Positions 1 through 11,030 of a DNA stretch of 64,000 nt are shown piece by piece. How positions within the stretch are numbered: position 1 is the first letter of the stretch; each line of letters begins with the position of its first letter. The position numbers and the translations under genes were made by a program. The stretch is from NCBI RefSeq assembly GCF_009834535.1, contig NC_045696.1, positions 26,042,001 to 26,106,000 on the forward strand. The letters run 5' to 3'. The stretch is from Camelus ferus. Its lineage: Eukaryota. Below the pieces are notes generated by a model. That model did no database searches. It saw nothing but the letters and a program-made list of their open reading frames with translations, and was not told the origin of the DNA.

Positions 1-409
1 TTAAGATTACTTTGGAAATTTCAGTAAAGTTGGTGTTACGCATTTTGCTTCTTTTGAATCTATACAAAGTTTTTACATTTTCCAATGTCAATGGTATCTA
101 CTAGCTTTAACATAATTAAAATATTCTTCTTGCTGTCTAGACATGCTATGGGAATAAAGAACCCATCCATAGGTATTACAAATTTGATTTTACATTATAT
201 ACATTTTTCACAAATATCTATGAGTTAATCTGTGCTCTGAGGCAGGTGTCTAGCTGATTCTGATAATAATCTTGCTACTCATGAAATAGTTAACCTATAA
301 AGATTCCAGTGATCCAGTGACATACATTGTATTCTAGGTCATTAATTTCACAATGCTGTACATTTAAAAACTCCTTAATCATAAAGGCCAGCTCTACTTG
401 CAGACGTCT

Positions 410-507
410 TTTTAGGGTCCTCCTGCTATTTTCTTTCAGAGCATCCTTTCATTTCACGTAATAGTACTTGCCATAATTTGAAATCATATCTGCATGTTCA
501 TTTCTTT
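410..507 (+). mobile_element. L2 3' end, left half (interrupted by the L1 and SINE)
   Basis: atagtacttgccataatttgaaat resembles the L2 3' consensus and continues at 3302-3437. Confidence 0.55.
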
Positions 508-509
508 TT

Positions 510-3136
510 TTTTTTAACATTTTTTATTGATTTATAATCATTTTACAATGTTGTGTCAAATTCCAGTGTTCAGCACAATTTTTCAGTTATTCATGGACAT
601 ATACACACTCATTGTCACATTTTTTTCTCTGTGAGTTATCATAACATTTTGTGTATATTTCCCTGTGCTATACAGTGTAGTCTATTCTACAATTTTGAAA
701 TCCCAGTCTATCCCTTCCCACCCTCCACCCCCCTGGTAACCACAAGTCTGTATTCTCTGTCTGTGAGTCTATTTCTGTCCTTTATTTACACTTTGTTTTT
801 GTTTGTTTGTTTTTGTTTTTGTTTTTGTTTTTTAGATTCCACATATGAGCGATCTCATATGGTATTTTTCTTTTTCTTTCTGGCTTACTTCACTTAGAAT
901 GACATTCTCCAGGAGCATCCATGTTGCTGCAAATGGCATTATGTTGTCGGTTTTTATGGCTGAGTAGTATTCCATTGTATAAATATACCACCTCTTCTTT
1001 ATCCAGTCACCTGTTGATGGACATTTAGGCTGTTTCCATGTTTTGGCTATTGTAAATAGTGCTGCTATGAACATTGGGGTGCAGGTGTCATCCTGAAGTA
1101 GATTTCCTTCTGGATACAAGCCCAGGAGTGGGATTCCTGGGTCATATGGTAAGTCTATTCCTAGTCTTTTGAGGAATCTCCACACTGTTTTCCATAGTGG
1201 CTGCACCAAACTGCATTCCCACCGGCAGTGTAGGAGGGTTCCCCTTTCTCCACAGCCTCTCCAGCATTTGTCATTTGTGGATTTTTGAATGATGGCCATT
1301 CTGACTGGTGTGAGGTGATACCTCATTGTAGTTTTGATTTGCATTTCTCTGATAATTAGTGATATTGAGCATTTTTTCATGTGCTTTTTGATCATTTGCA
1401 TGTCTTCCTTGGAGAATTGCTTGTTTAGGTCTTCTGCCCATTTTTGGATTGGGTTGTTTATTTTTTTCTTATTGAGTCGTATGAGCTGCTTATATATTCT
1501 GGAGATCAAGCCTTTGTCGGTTTCACTTGCAAAAATTTTCTCCCATTCCGTAGGTTTTCTTCTTGTTTTATTTCTGGTTTCCTTTGCTGTGCAGAAGCTT
1601 GTAAGTTTCATTAGGTCCCATTTGTTTATTCTTGCTTTTATTTCTTCTAGGAGAAAATTTTTGAAATGTATGTCAGATAATGTTTTGCCTATGTTTTCCT
1701 CTAGGAGGTTTATTGTATCTTGTCTTATGTTTAAGTCTTTAATCCATTTTGAGTTGATTTTTGTATATGGTGTAAGGGAGTGTTCTAGCTTCATTGTTTT
1801 ACATGCTGCTGTCCAGTTTTCCCAACACCATTTGCTGAAGAGACTGTCTTTATTCCATTGTATATTCTTGCCTCCTTTGTCGAAGATGAGTTGACCAAAA
1901 GTTGGTGGGTTCATTTCTGGGCTCTCTATTCTGTTCCATTGGTCTATATGTCTGTTTTGGTACCAATACCATGCTGTCTTGATGACTGTAGCTCTATAGT
2001 ATTGTCTGAAGTCTGGGAGAGTTATTCCTCCAGCCTCTTTCTTTCTCTTCAGTAATGCTTTGGCAATTCTAGGTCTTTGATGGTTCCATATGAATTTTAT
2101 TATGATTTGTTCTAGTTCTGTGAAATATGTCCTGGGTAATTGGATAGGGATTGCATTAAATCTGTAGATTGCCTTGGGCAGTGTGACCATTTTAACAATA
2201 TTGATTCTTCCAATCCAAGAGCGTGGAATATCTTTCCATTTTTTAAAGACTTCTTTAATTTCCTTCATCAGTGGTTTATAGTTTTCTGTGTATAATTCTT
2301 TCACCTCCTTGGTTAGATTTATTCCCAGATATTTTATTACTTTGGGTGCTATTTTAAAGGGGATTGTTTCTTTACTTTCTTCTTCTGTTGATTTATCGTT
2401 AGTGTAAAGAAATGCAACTGATTTTTGAACGTTAATTTTGTAACCTGCTACCTTGCTGAATTCTTCAATCAGCTCTAGTAGCTTTTGTGTGGACCTTTTA
2501 GGGTTTTCTATATATAGTAACATGTCATCAGCATATAATGACACTTTTACCTCTTCTTTTCCAATTTGGATCCCTTTTATTTCTTTCTCTTGCCTGACTG
2601 CTGTGGCTAGGACTTCCAGGACTATGTTGAATAGGAGTGGTGATAGTGGGCATCCTTGTCTTGTCCCAGATTTTAGTGGGAAGCTTTTGAGTTTTTCACC
2701 GTTGAGTACTATGCTGGCTGTAGGTTTGTCATATATAGCTTTTATTATGTTGAGATATGTTCCCTCTATACCCACTTTGGCGAGAGTTTTTATCATAAAT
2801 GGGTGTTGAATTTTATCAAATGCTTTTTCTGCATCGATTGAGATGATCATGTGGTTTTTGTCCTTTCTCTTGTTGATGTGATGTATTACACTGATTGATT
2901 TGCGTATGTTGAACCAGCCTTGTGTCCCTGGGATGAACCCTACTTGGTCATGATGTATAATCTTTTTTATGTGTTGTTGGATTCTATTTGCTAAAATTTT
3001 GGTGAGGATTTTGGCGTCTATGTTCATCAGTGATATTGGCCTGTAATTCTCTTTTTTTGTAGTGTCTTTGCCTGGTTTTGGTATCAGGGTGATGGTGGCT
3101 TCATAGAATGAGTTTGGGAGTATTCCCTCCTTTTCA
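510..3136 (-). mobile_element. Young 5'-truncated LINE-1 (ORF2 RT/C-terminal part, 3' UTR and poly(A))
   Basis: Poly(T) at 505-515, L1 3' UTR at 516-831 and an uninterrupted ORF2. Direct repeat atctgcatgttcatttcttttt at 488-509 and 3137-3158, followed by AA (TTTT/AA L1 endonuclease site). Confidence 0.97.
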
Positions 3137-3150
3137 ATCTGCATGTTCAT
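832..3150 (-). CDS. LINE-1 ORF2p fragment, 772 aa (RT and CCHC C-terminal domain, no endonuclease domain)
   Basis: L1 ORF2 motifs: [35 protein letters not shown], catalytic [23 protein letters not shown]. The first four codons (MNMQ) come from the target-site duplication. Expression is not shown. Confidence 0.9.
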   Translation of the reverse strand: MNMQIEKEGILPNSFYEATITLIPKPGKDTTKKENYRPISLMNIDAKILTKILANRIQQHIKKIIHHDQVGFIPGTQGWFNIRKSISVIHHINKRKDKNHMIISIDAEKAFDKIQHPFMIKTLAKVGIEGTYLNIIKAIYDKPTASIVLNGEKLKSFPLKSGTRQGCPLSPLLFNIVLEVLATAVRQEKEIKGIQIGKEEVKVSLYADDMLLYIENPKRSTQKLLELIEEFSKVAGYKINVQKSVAFLYTNDKSTEEESKETIPFKIAPKVIKYLGINLTKEVKELYTENYKPLMKEIKEVFKKWKDIPRSWIGRINIVKMVTLPKAIYRFNAIPIQLPRTYFTELEQIIIKFIWNHQRPRIAKALLKRKKEAGGITLPDFRQYYRATVIKTAWYWYQNRHIDQWNRIESPEMNPPTFGQLIFDKGGKNIQWNKDSLFSKWCWENWTAACKTMKLEHSLTPYTKINSKWIKDLNIRQDTINLLEENIGKTLSDIHFKNFLLEEIKARINKWDLMKLTSFCTAKETRNKTRRKPTEWEKIFASETDKGLISRIYKQLIRLNKKKINNPIQKWAEDLNKQFSKEDMQMIKKHMKKCSISLIIREMQIKTTMRYHLTPVRMAIIQKSTNDKCWRGCGERGTLLHCRWECSLVQPLWKTVWRFLKRLGIDLPYDPGIPLLGLYPEGNLLQDDTCTPMFIAALFTIAKTWKQPKCPSTGDWIKKRWYIYTMEYYSAIKTDNIMPFAATWMLLENVILSEVSQKEKEKYHMRSLICGI

Positions 3151-3156
3151 TTCTTT

Positions 3157-3301
3157 TTAAATTTTTTTAATGATTTGTTTTTGTTTTGGGGGAGGTAATT
3201 AAGTTTATTTATTTATTTATTTTAATGGAAGACTGGGGATTGAACCCAAGACCTCATGCATGCTAGGCAAGCACTCTACCACTGAGCTATACCTTGACCC
3301 C
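3157..3301 (-). mobile_element. tRNA-derived SINE, Vic-1-like (camelid)
   Basis: Minus strand reads ggtatagctcagtggtagagtgcttgcctagcatgcatgaggtcttgggttcaatccccag with A box TAGCTCAGTGG, B box GGTTCAATCC and an (aaat)n/A-rich tail. 15-bp TSD catgttcatttcttt at 3142-3156 and 3302-3316. Confidence 0.9.
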
Positions 3302-3437
3302 CATGTTCATTTCTTTAATGCCTATATTCTCAATTTGACTGACAGCTCTGTTTTGTTAAACAACTTATACCTAGTACTTAGACATGCTCTGGGGCACATA
3401 ATAAAAGCTCAAGAAAATTATGTTGAATTTGCATGAT
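3302..3437 (+). mobile_element. L2 3' end, right half
   Basis: cctagtacttagacatgctctggggcacataataaaagctcaagaaaattatgttgaat resembles the L2 terminus (cctggcacatagtaggcgctcaataaatatttgttgaat). Confidence 0.65.
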
Positions 3438-4634
3438 TTATAATAGTTTAACTAAATATCTTCAGTGTTACTTTTAAAACATTTCATCTGTGTTTTGAAT
3501 TTATTTTTGGCATAGTCAAAATGGTTTCTCTTGAGGGATGGACATACATATAGACAAATACAAATACATTCAAATATAAACAGAGTTATCTTCTTAAGAT
3601 GAATATATTTGAATCAGCTATGTTAATTCCCCGCTGCATAGGGATAGTCTGATAGAGAAAATCCACTCTAATACAGAAATACACATAGATAAAATAGTAT
3701 GTAGATGTCAATATCGTGGTTGTGATATTGTACTATAGTTTTGCATTTTAGACATTTAAAAATATATAATATATTAGCCCTTGGATCTTCTCACTTCACA
3801 GTTTTCTCATATTTTTATGGTGGGTCCTGTGCTACTTCCATCAAAATTATTGGAATATGGAACCTTGTCTCTAATTAGTTTGCCAAAGGGGTGACATGAT
3901 ATTTCTCTGCTGCATTAACTTTACTGTTCCCTGTAAAACATTAACATGGTGAAAATCTGAGCTTGTAAATGAGAGATTTGTCTTTATCTAGATCAGAGAA
4001 ATGAAATTTGTGATTCAAATGAGAAAAGGAAATGAACTCAGTGCTTAGCCTGGAAAACATGTTGTAATGTGCCAATTTGGTAAAGGTTGATATGAGACAT
4101 CCTCATTAAGGTATTGATTGTATCCATTTAGTAAGGCTGAAGGTGCAGTAACTCCCCAGTGGCTTGGCATTTCATCATCATACCTGGATCTCCACAATAG
4201 TGAACATTCCAAACATTTTGCTTAACGTACCTTCTGCCCCTAAATACAAGATAAAGTCAATGACAGAATGGCTGTGTAACCAGTATGGTTCTTAAAGTTA
4301 ATGTTAGTCTTGGTCTTTTGACTTAAGTTGTTTGTAAATTACCTTTAATATGTGCCAGAATTGGATTTAAACTCCCTGAAAGAATGTGTCCATTAATATT
4401 ACTAAAAAATTCGTATTCAGTGGAATTTGAGTATATATAGTTGGAGTTTTGTGAATATTGCTTCTGAAAATTACAGTGCTCCCTGTAAACCAAATCTACT
4501 TATCCATACTGTTTCAGTGAAAACTTTTCTCTGTATCTATGACAGTGCTTAAACCACAAACTTGCTTTAGTAATAACTGCCTTGATGTTTGCTCTTTTTT
4601 TCCTTCTTCTTTTTTTTTTTTTTAAATTCTAAAG

Positions 4635-4913
4635 ATAAAGGTCACTCTAAGAAGGTAGTTCATGGTTTAAAAGTGTTCGAAAAGGTTGGAGACTACAATG
4701 GAAACAGACACACAGTTCCCCACAAAGGGGGTGGGAGTTGAGTGGGGGCCTCCCCACTGTGGTCCTTCCGGAGGCTCTGGGGGGGTGAGATTGGATCTGA
4801 CGGTGATAGGTTTCCCTTGACTGGTTCCTTCCTTTGTACCTGACTCTGGTCCAGAAATAGAGCAGCACATCATGCTCGCAGACTGACATGAGGGAAACTT
4901 CATAAATCAGCAA
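4635..4913 (+). other. Candidate 279-nt non-coding/poison cassette exon
   Basis: Long pyrimidine tract ending tttaaattctaaag| and donor caa|gtgagt. GC-richer than flanks, with stops in all three frames. Confidence 0.5.
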
Positions 4914-5749
4914 GTGAGTGTTCTGGCATGATCCTTTAGCCACTGCCTTCCCTCCAGAGCTGACACCTGTCACCTTTTAAAGAGTGTACACTCTCTGCCA
5001 CTGTAGCTGAATCCACCTCCCCTCTCCCCCGGTTTTTTTTAATCCACTCTCATATTCTGCCTAGGTGGTATTTTCTCGGTGGCTGCCCATATATTATAAA
5101 ATCAGTGTCATTATGGACAGGGCAGTTGTTAAATTTATGCCCTAAAACTTAGAATTTCCAGATAGTCATTGGGTACACAACTATACACAATCCAATAGGC
5201 ATTTCTTTTGTAAAAGAAAAGAAACATGTAAGTGTATGAACATGGACGTAATTGCATGTATTTGTAATCACTGATAAAATATTGCATTTAATGGTCTATA
5301 AAATAACATCAGAGCATCTTACATGGTAAGAGCCCTTAAAAATCTGAGTTAGGAAAAAGAGCTTTAACATCATCAGACTGTAACCATTGCCATTAACTCA
5401 ATAACCATTGGTTATTTGTTACTATTAAAAATATACATACATTGTATAATAGAATACCTTAGTCTTTAGAGAGTGGTAATGGAAAATGTAAAAATTTGAA
5501 AAATCACAGATCTACAGGAACAGAAATATATGTCTCTTCAATGTTTGCATATTCATCAGTTTAAAAGTAAAATATCCATTGCATTGGGGATTTCTCTACC
5601 GCCTCCCAGATGAATGATTTAAATCTTACTGTGAATTCTAGTGACGCAAACAAGGACCACAAGGTGTTTGTAATTGGGGAGTATTAAGTGCAAAATACAA
5701 GTAGAGGGTGCTTAAAAGGAAAGAAAAAGTCAGTTTGCTATTGATTGGA

Positions 5750-6060
5750 CTGTGGTGGGATAAATGTGTGGCTTCTGCCCTTAATGGAAGCTGATTGTTC
5801 AGGGACGTGCAGGCGGGACTGGTCGATTCCCGAGCTGTTGTTTACTGGGAAGGACGATATCAATTTTCCAGAGGGATGATTGGTGGGATGTCAAGGCTGT
5901 CACCCTTTTCTCCTCGTCACTGACAGACAGCCCAGTGACAATTACCGGTGATGGGACACTGCCTGCATTGGCATATACACTAGAGGATATAACTGGCAAA
6001 CAAAAAAGAGGAAAGCACTCCTGTAAAAAAGATATAATCAGCAGTTGTCAGGACTGGTTA
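5750..6060. promoter_or_regulatory. Enhancer-like element, putative orthologue of the PAX6 SIMO enhancer
   Basis: Repeat-free and CpG-retaining. ATTGTT at 5794-5799, PAX6-paired-like site (minus strand agtcccgcctgcacg, ~5806-5820), TGTTTAC at 5839-5845, TGACA cores at 5888, 5897, 5921, 5936 and 6045. Confidence 0.55.
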
Positions 6061-8269
6061 CATATATAATGTCTGAATAACAGGGCGCCAGCACATTGCC
6101 TTTACTTGCTGATGAAACATGGAACCAACTTCATCTAACTTGGAAAAGTATTCATGGGATTGTTTTTAAGAATAGCTTTAGTTGTTGGCATTTTTTCTCT
6201 TTAAGAGTTAATATCAGAACAAAGATATTGTCTCTTACTCTTTTTTTCTAATGAAAATAGACTTTGGAGAATTCAAGTGGGCTTGAAAGTAGGTATTTTT
6301 ATTCCTTACAGAAATTATTACATTGTAGTATGTTTCCTCAGGGGTTAAGATAACTTTTGAAACTTTTCCTCCTGGGCTCTTGTTCTTGCCCAAAGTCCAA
6401 GTGCTCAGCTAATAAATTTCATTGAGTAAGTATCAGGATGAGACAGACACTCAACTCCATCGTTTTTGCAGAAATGCATCAGTTAAGTTGTGGAATATGT
6501 TCTGGGCAGGGTGGGTAATACATGTGCATATCTACCAGACTTTCTAGAATGGTTCATCTGTCAGACTCATGTTTTCCATTTCTTTCTGTTCTATTGTTTA
6601 ATAATTTCCAATAGGATTGAAGAAAAAGAGCATTATTTCCAGTGCCTACTTTCAGTTGTAGAAAAACTAATACCTAAATTAGTCAGACCACCTGGAGCAT
6701 CAGAATTGGCAGTTAGCTGTATTTCCTTCTCAGCAAGAGACTTTTCTTTGTGTTATCATAAATGTCATTTATTTAATTAATTACATTCAGACTAATCATT
6801 TTATAGATTTACTATATTCTGCTGGAATTTTACTGTTTGGAAAAATTCATACTATAATTTTAACATAGTCAAACTTACAGGAATTTATCTTGTAGGAATT
6901 GGACATGTTCCCGTACTCCAGATTTTTCTTAACATCAAAATAAAAATATCTGTACATACATAGGTAAACAGATTTTTGGCTGCTTCCCAACAAGAAGGAT
7001 AGACTGGGAATACGTTCTAGGCTTATACTCAGTTGTCTCATGAGGTTGCTTTCCACAGAATTGATCACTGCAGAGATAAAAATAATTGGATACATGATGT
7101 TGTTTTTTACCGTCTATGTGGCATTCATGACTTCCAACAGATAAATTTCTTCTTAATGAGAAATGTTTTCTTAAACACCATTTACATAATTTTTAAAGGA
7201 ATCTGTTTTTATTGTAGAATTTGGCAAACATTAAAAAGTACAAATAATAAAATAAAAATCACTTACCATTAGTGGAAAATATTAACATTTTCATATTTGT
7301 CCAGTTTGGCTTTTGTTTTAAGATTTTAAGTGTTTATATGTGTAGGTGTGTTTTTTAAGTGTTTTTGAGCTTGGTAAATATATAGATAAGTCTAAAATTC
7401 TGATGGTGAGCTTTTATTTTAAATAAATAGGTTACAATACTGCCAAGTGATTACATATGGAAGTTACTTGTAATTTGGGCTTGTAAGATGCCATACAAAA
7501 GTTACCATTAATTTCCTCCTATAAACCACTAGCTAATTGATTTTCCATTGCACTCATTAAAAATAGATACTTAGCTTTTCAGCAGATTGTCTCAGAAAAT
7601 CAAGGCAGGGCCCAGGTCCTCTGGGATGCCATCAACTGACCATTCCATCAGGCCTGGAATAGTGGCCCTCCTACTTGTCAGAACTGAAGTATTTATCCCA
7701 TTTCCCAGCAGATAAACATTTGCAAGGCAAATAATAAATTAGCCATTAATCAGAAGAGTGTTTGCATTCGATGAACTCTAAATGGAGTGGAGATGTCAGG
7801 TAGATAGACAAGGTAAATCAACAAGGCAGAATCAATATCTAGTAAGAGCCACCCTTATTTAGAAAAGGTTGGCTCATACCTTTGAGGACTTTGAGAAGTT
7901 AGAAACAGTTCATAAAAGAAGGAAAGCTATTTAGAAAGAAGGTGTAAGTAGATTTTAAGAATAGATAACATTAACTTTTTAAAAAATATATTTAAACCTA
8001 CAGTGTAATGATATATCATATAGAAGTTTAATTTAAAAAATGACTGACAAATATTTATTTCTGAAAGCTTTGTGTATTCTAATTTTTTTTCAACCTCAAG
8101 AGAACGCACATATTTCATGAAAAATTTTCTTGCCATCGTTATTTTTCCAAATTAACAATTTGGCAAGTATATTGTTTTAAAAACAAGAAGTGGCCTTCTT
8201 AATTTAGTGTTTTTTTTTTTTTTCCTAATTGTGTGTGCCCCTTCACTTGCATGATGCAAACACTCAGAA

Positions 8270-8470
8270 ACACTCAGACTTGGGGTCTGAGAGGCTTTGC
8301 TTGGCCACACAATAATTGTGTAGTCTAGAGTAAGTTACTTAACCTTTTATGACTCTCAATTTCCTCTTGTGTAAAATAGGGATGATAATGCCCATGACAA
8401 AGAGCTTTCGTAAACAATGAAATCATGAAACAAATTATATATATATGGCACCTAACACAGGCCTGCCACT
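8270..8470 (+). mobile_element. MIR
   Basis: taagttacttaaccttttatgactctcaatttcctcttgtgtaaaatagggatgataat matches the MIR core. Confidence 0.8.
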
Positions 8471-9899
8471 GTTATTTTTTTACGTAGAAGACATGTGTGG
8501 GTTATATAAATTTATCCTAAAGCATTATTGATTTTTAATCATTTCAGAAAAACTTATAACTAGTTAGGAATGTATTCTGTGTTTCTGAAGATATATCTAA
8601 AGGCTTTAAAAGATCCAGTGGTTATAAAGAGGCAATATTATCTCCTCTAATTCTCTTGAGATTTGAAACTACAACCTTTGTTTTCTTAGAATTGACCATA
8701 AGGGAAATAGTTCTTGATTCTAAACACCTACCACCTGGCATACTCTATCTTCTCCTTGTGATATATGATGCCTTAGACATCCTTAAAGTTAAGTGTGTGT
8801 GATGTGTCCTGGACTTTCCACATGTTTGTTACTCATCTGTTTACCCCAAAGAATAAAAAAAGAATGAAAATAAATGGAATAACCATGATCCTCAGGACTG
8901 CTTTCTTAACTCTTCATTTCTTATCACTCACTTTTTTCTTATGAGTAGAATCCTATCCCCAAGCCAGATTTCCTAGACTAGGTAGTTTATAAAATAATGC
9001 CATCTTCTAACCAAGACGTTAACTGGGTCTTGGGTGTCCCATCCCCATAACTTTGCTTGACTAAGAAAATCCTTTTAGTCATGAATTTTAAATGAAGATT
9101 TGCAGTGTTGGTTAGCATTGCCTCAAGCTTAGAGAAGAATTAAAATGTTTTGAAATTTTAAAATATATTTGTTACTCTTGTAAAGGAAAAGTAATTTCTT
9201 TATACAATCCAGAAATGGTTATAGTAACCCCTATTAATAGATTTAAATTGAAAAACATCCAAGCCAATGCATTTCAACTTTGCCTTCAATACTACGTACT
9301 GTTTTTTTTTTAATTCATTCATTCCTCCTTTGCCATCAGCATAACTCTCTCCTCCTCCCATGCCATCTTTGTCTTTCATTGTTAGAGGATAGCTTTAATC
9401 TGAATTTCATGAAGAAATACCGAGTTATTATATGTGAATTATTTCTGTTTCCCTGTTCTTTAAGATTTCTCCAAAATTTCATTCATTCTTTTTTATTTGG
9501 TTCTGCTCTGATACTCATGTCTAAGGTTAACCTACCTTGTTGTGTTTATGGTTTTCATTCCTCCCATTCTGTGCATGAAAAATATCTATTCTGTTTTACT
9601 GTATACTGACTCTCCCTTAAAATAGAAACATACTAAAAACTCCCCCATACCAAACACAAAACAATATAGATAAATAGAAAAATTCTATACAGTTTCATAA
9701 AGAAAAGATTACATTTAGTTTGGAAAATAAAAAAAAAAAAGGCTTCATAAGGCAGTGGTATTTAAAAATATCCTTAAATACCAAATGTGTCATAACATAA
9801 ATACTACTAATTGTCATCAAGGTTTTTTTTTAATAAAACTCACTTTTAATAGCTAAAGCAGTCAGTCACATAATCTTAATGGATTGAATTTAGAACTCA

Positions 9900-10090
9900 T
9901 TCATTTTTTACTATAACCCTGTAAGATAAGTTCTGTTACTGTTCCCATTCTACAGATGTGGAAAGCAAGTCAAAGAGATGAAATAACTTACCTGAAGTCA
10001 TACTTTTAAAGAGTAGTAACTGTGAGTCAAAGTATGTACCTCCTACATGGCTCTAGATTCTTTCCCTGACCACTAAACTTACTCCCTCTT
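9900..10090 (-). mobile_element. MIR
   Basis: cccattctacagatgtggaaagcaagtcaaagagatgaaataacttacctgaagtcatac is the reverse MIR core. Confidence 0.8.
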
Positions 10091-10189
10091 CAGACAGTAT
10101 TTGTACGTATTATCGACTACAAAGGTGTTAGCTCTATAAGGTTTCAAAATCTGTTTTCAAAATTAGTTGTTTCTTTTTGGAGCATCTAA

Positions 10190-11030
10190 AGAGAAGTAAC
10201 ATGAGATAGGAACAGAAATATAAATTGGAACTATATTGGAGAGGTTCTTGAATTCTAGCCTGAAGAATTCTGACTTAGCTGAATAAATGTGCAATGATTA
10301 GTCATCAAAAGTTTTGAACATGAAGTGACAATGTTGGAGCTACATGTTAGCAAATGTAAGATAAATTGAAGCAGAAAATATTGATAAAATAGATAATCGT
10401 TTGGAAGCTGTTGTAGCAGTGTGGATGAGAAATCATGACACCTAAACCAGGAAGGTGATAGGACAATGAGAAAGATATAAATTTGTCAGATTGATTTAGG
10501 TAGAATTTACAGGATTTGCAAGTTGGAACAGTTATGAACCTTAGGATCAAAGGCAAGAGTAGAAAGAGAGAACTCCATGACTGAGAAGAAAAGAGGCATC
10601 ATTAATGAGAATTGGAAAATCAAAAGGAAAATTAAATTTTAGTAGTATCAGACTTGGTACATATTGTTTGATATATTAATGGAAAATCCAGAGAAAGGTT
10701 TGGAAATGTCATTCTAGAAGTAGGGAGAAAAGTCTGAGACAGAAATATTACCTATGGAATCATCTAGTTAAAGGAAGTTGAAACCATTTGAGTAGATGGA
10801 ATCATTATAAGAACAAGAGTGAGAAAGAGAGAGAGGGAGAAGGCTGAGGAATTAGCCTGCAGTGACACTTACATTTAGGTAGCTAGTAGCAGGAGCATGA
10901 TGGGGAACTAGGAAAGGACAATTCCAAAGGTCAAATGAATCTGGGGAGTCATAAACAATGAAAGGAAAGAGACTTCGAAGAAGCAGAAGTGGTCAAATTT
11001 CATATATCTCAGAGGTCACTGAAAAAAGGG
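10190..11030 (-). mobile_element. L2 fragment
   Basis: Purine-rich degenerate antisense L2 (ggaagctgttgtagcagtgtggatgagaaat...ggtagaatttacaggatttg). Confidence 0.65.

Noticed and set aside
553..2809. + strand ORFs 553-897, 1334-1894, 1858-2055 and 2453-2809
   Set aside because: They are antisense shadows of the L1 ORF2 and 3' UTR, mostly with non-ATG starts.
3215..3301. tRNA-like sequence
   Set aside because: It is the head of a SINE with an A-rich tail and TSDs, not a tRNA gene.
493..3316. Three identical 15-mers as a CRISPR-like or programmed repeat array
   Set aside because: Spacing is irregular (about 2.6 kb and 145 bp) and fully explained by target-site duplications.
4861..4874. agcagcacatcatg matches 14 nt of miR-15b-5p
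   Set aside because: The first base and 3' end differ from the mature miRNA, and I see no precursor-length hairpin.
4647..4973. Minus-strand ORFs 4647-4973 and 4667-4903
   Set aside because: No recognisable homology. Better explained as the GC-richer antisense of the + strand exon candidate.
5799..5999. 66-aa ORF as a protein-coding gene, and B-box-like ggtcgattcccg at 5821-5832
   Set aside because: TTG start and unrecognised peptide overlapping a transcription-factor motif cluster. No A box or cloverleaf for a tRNA or SINE.
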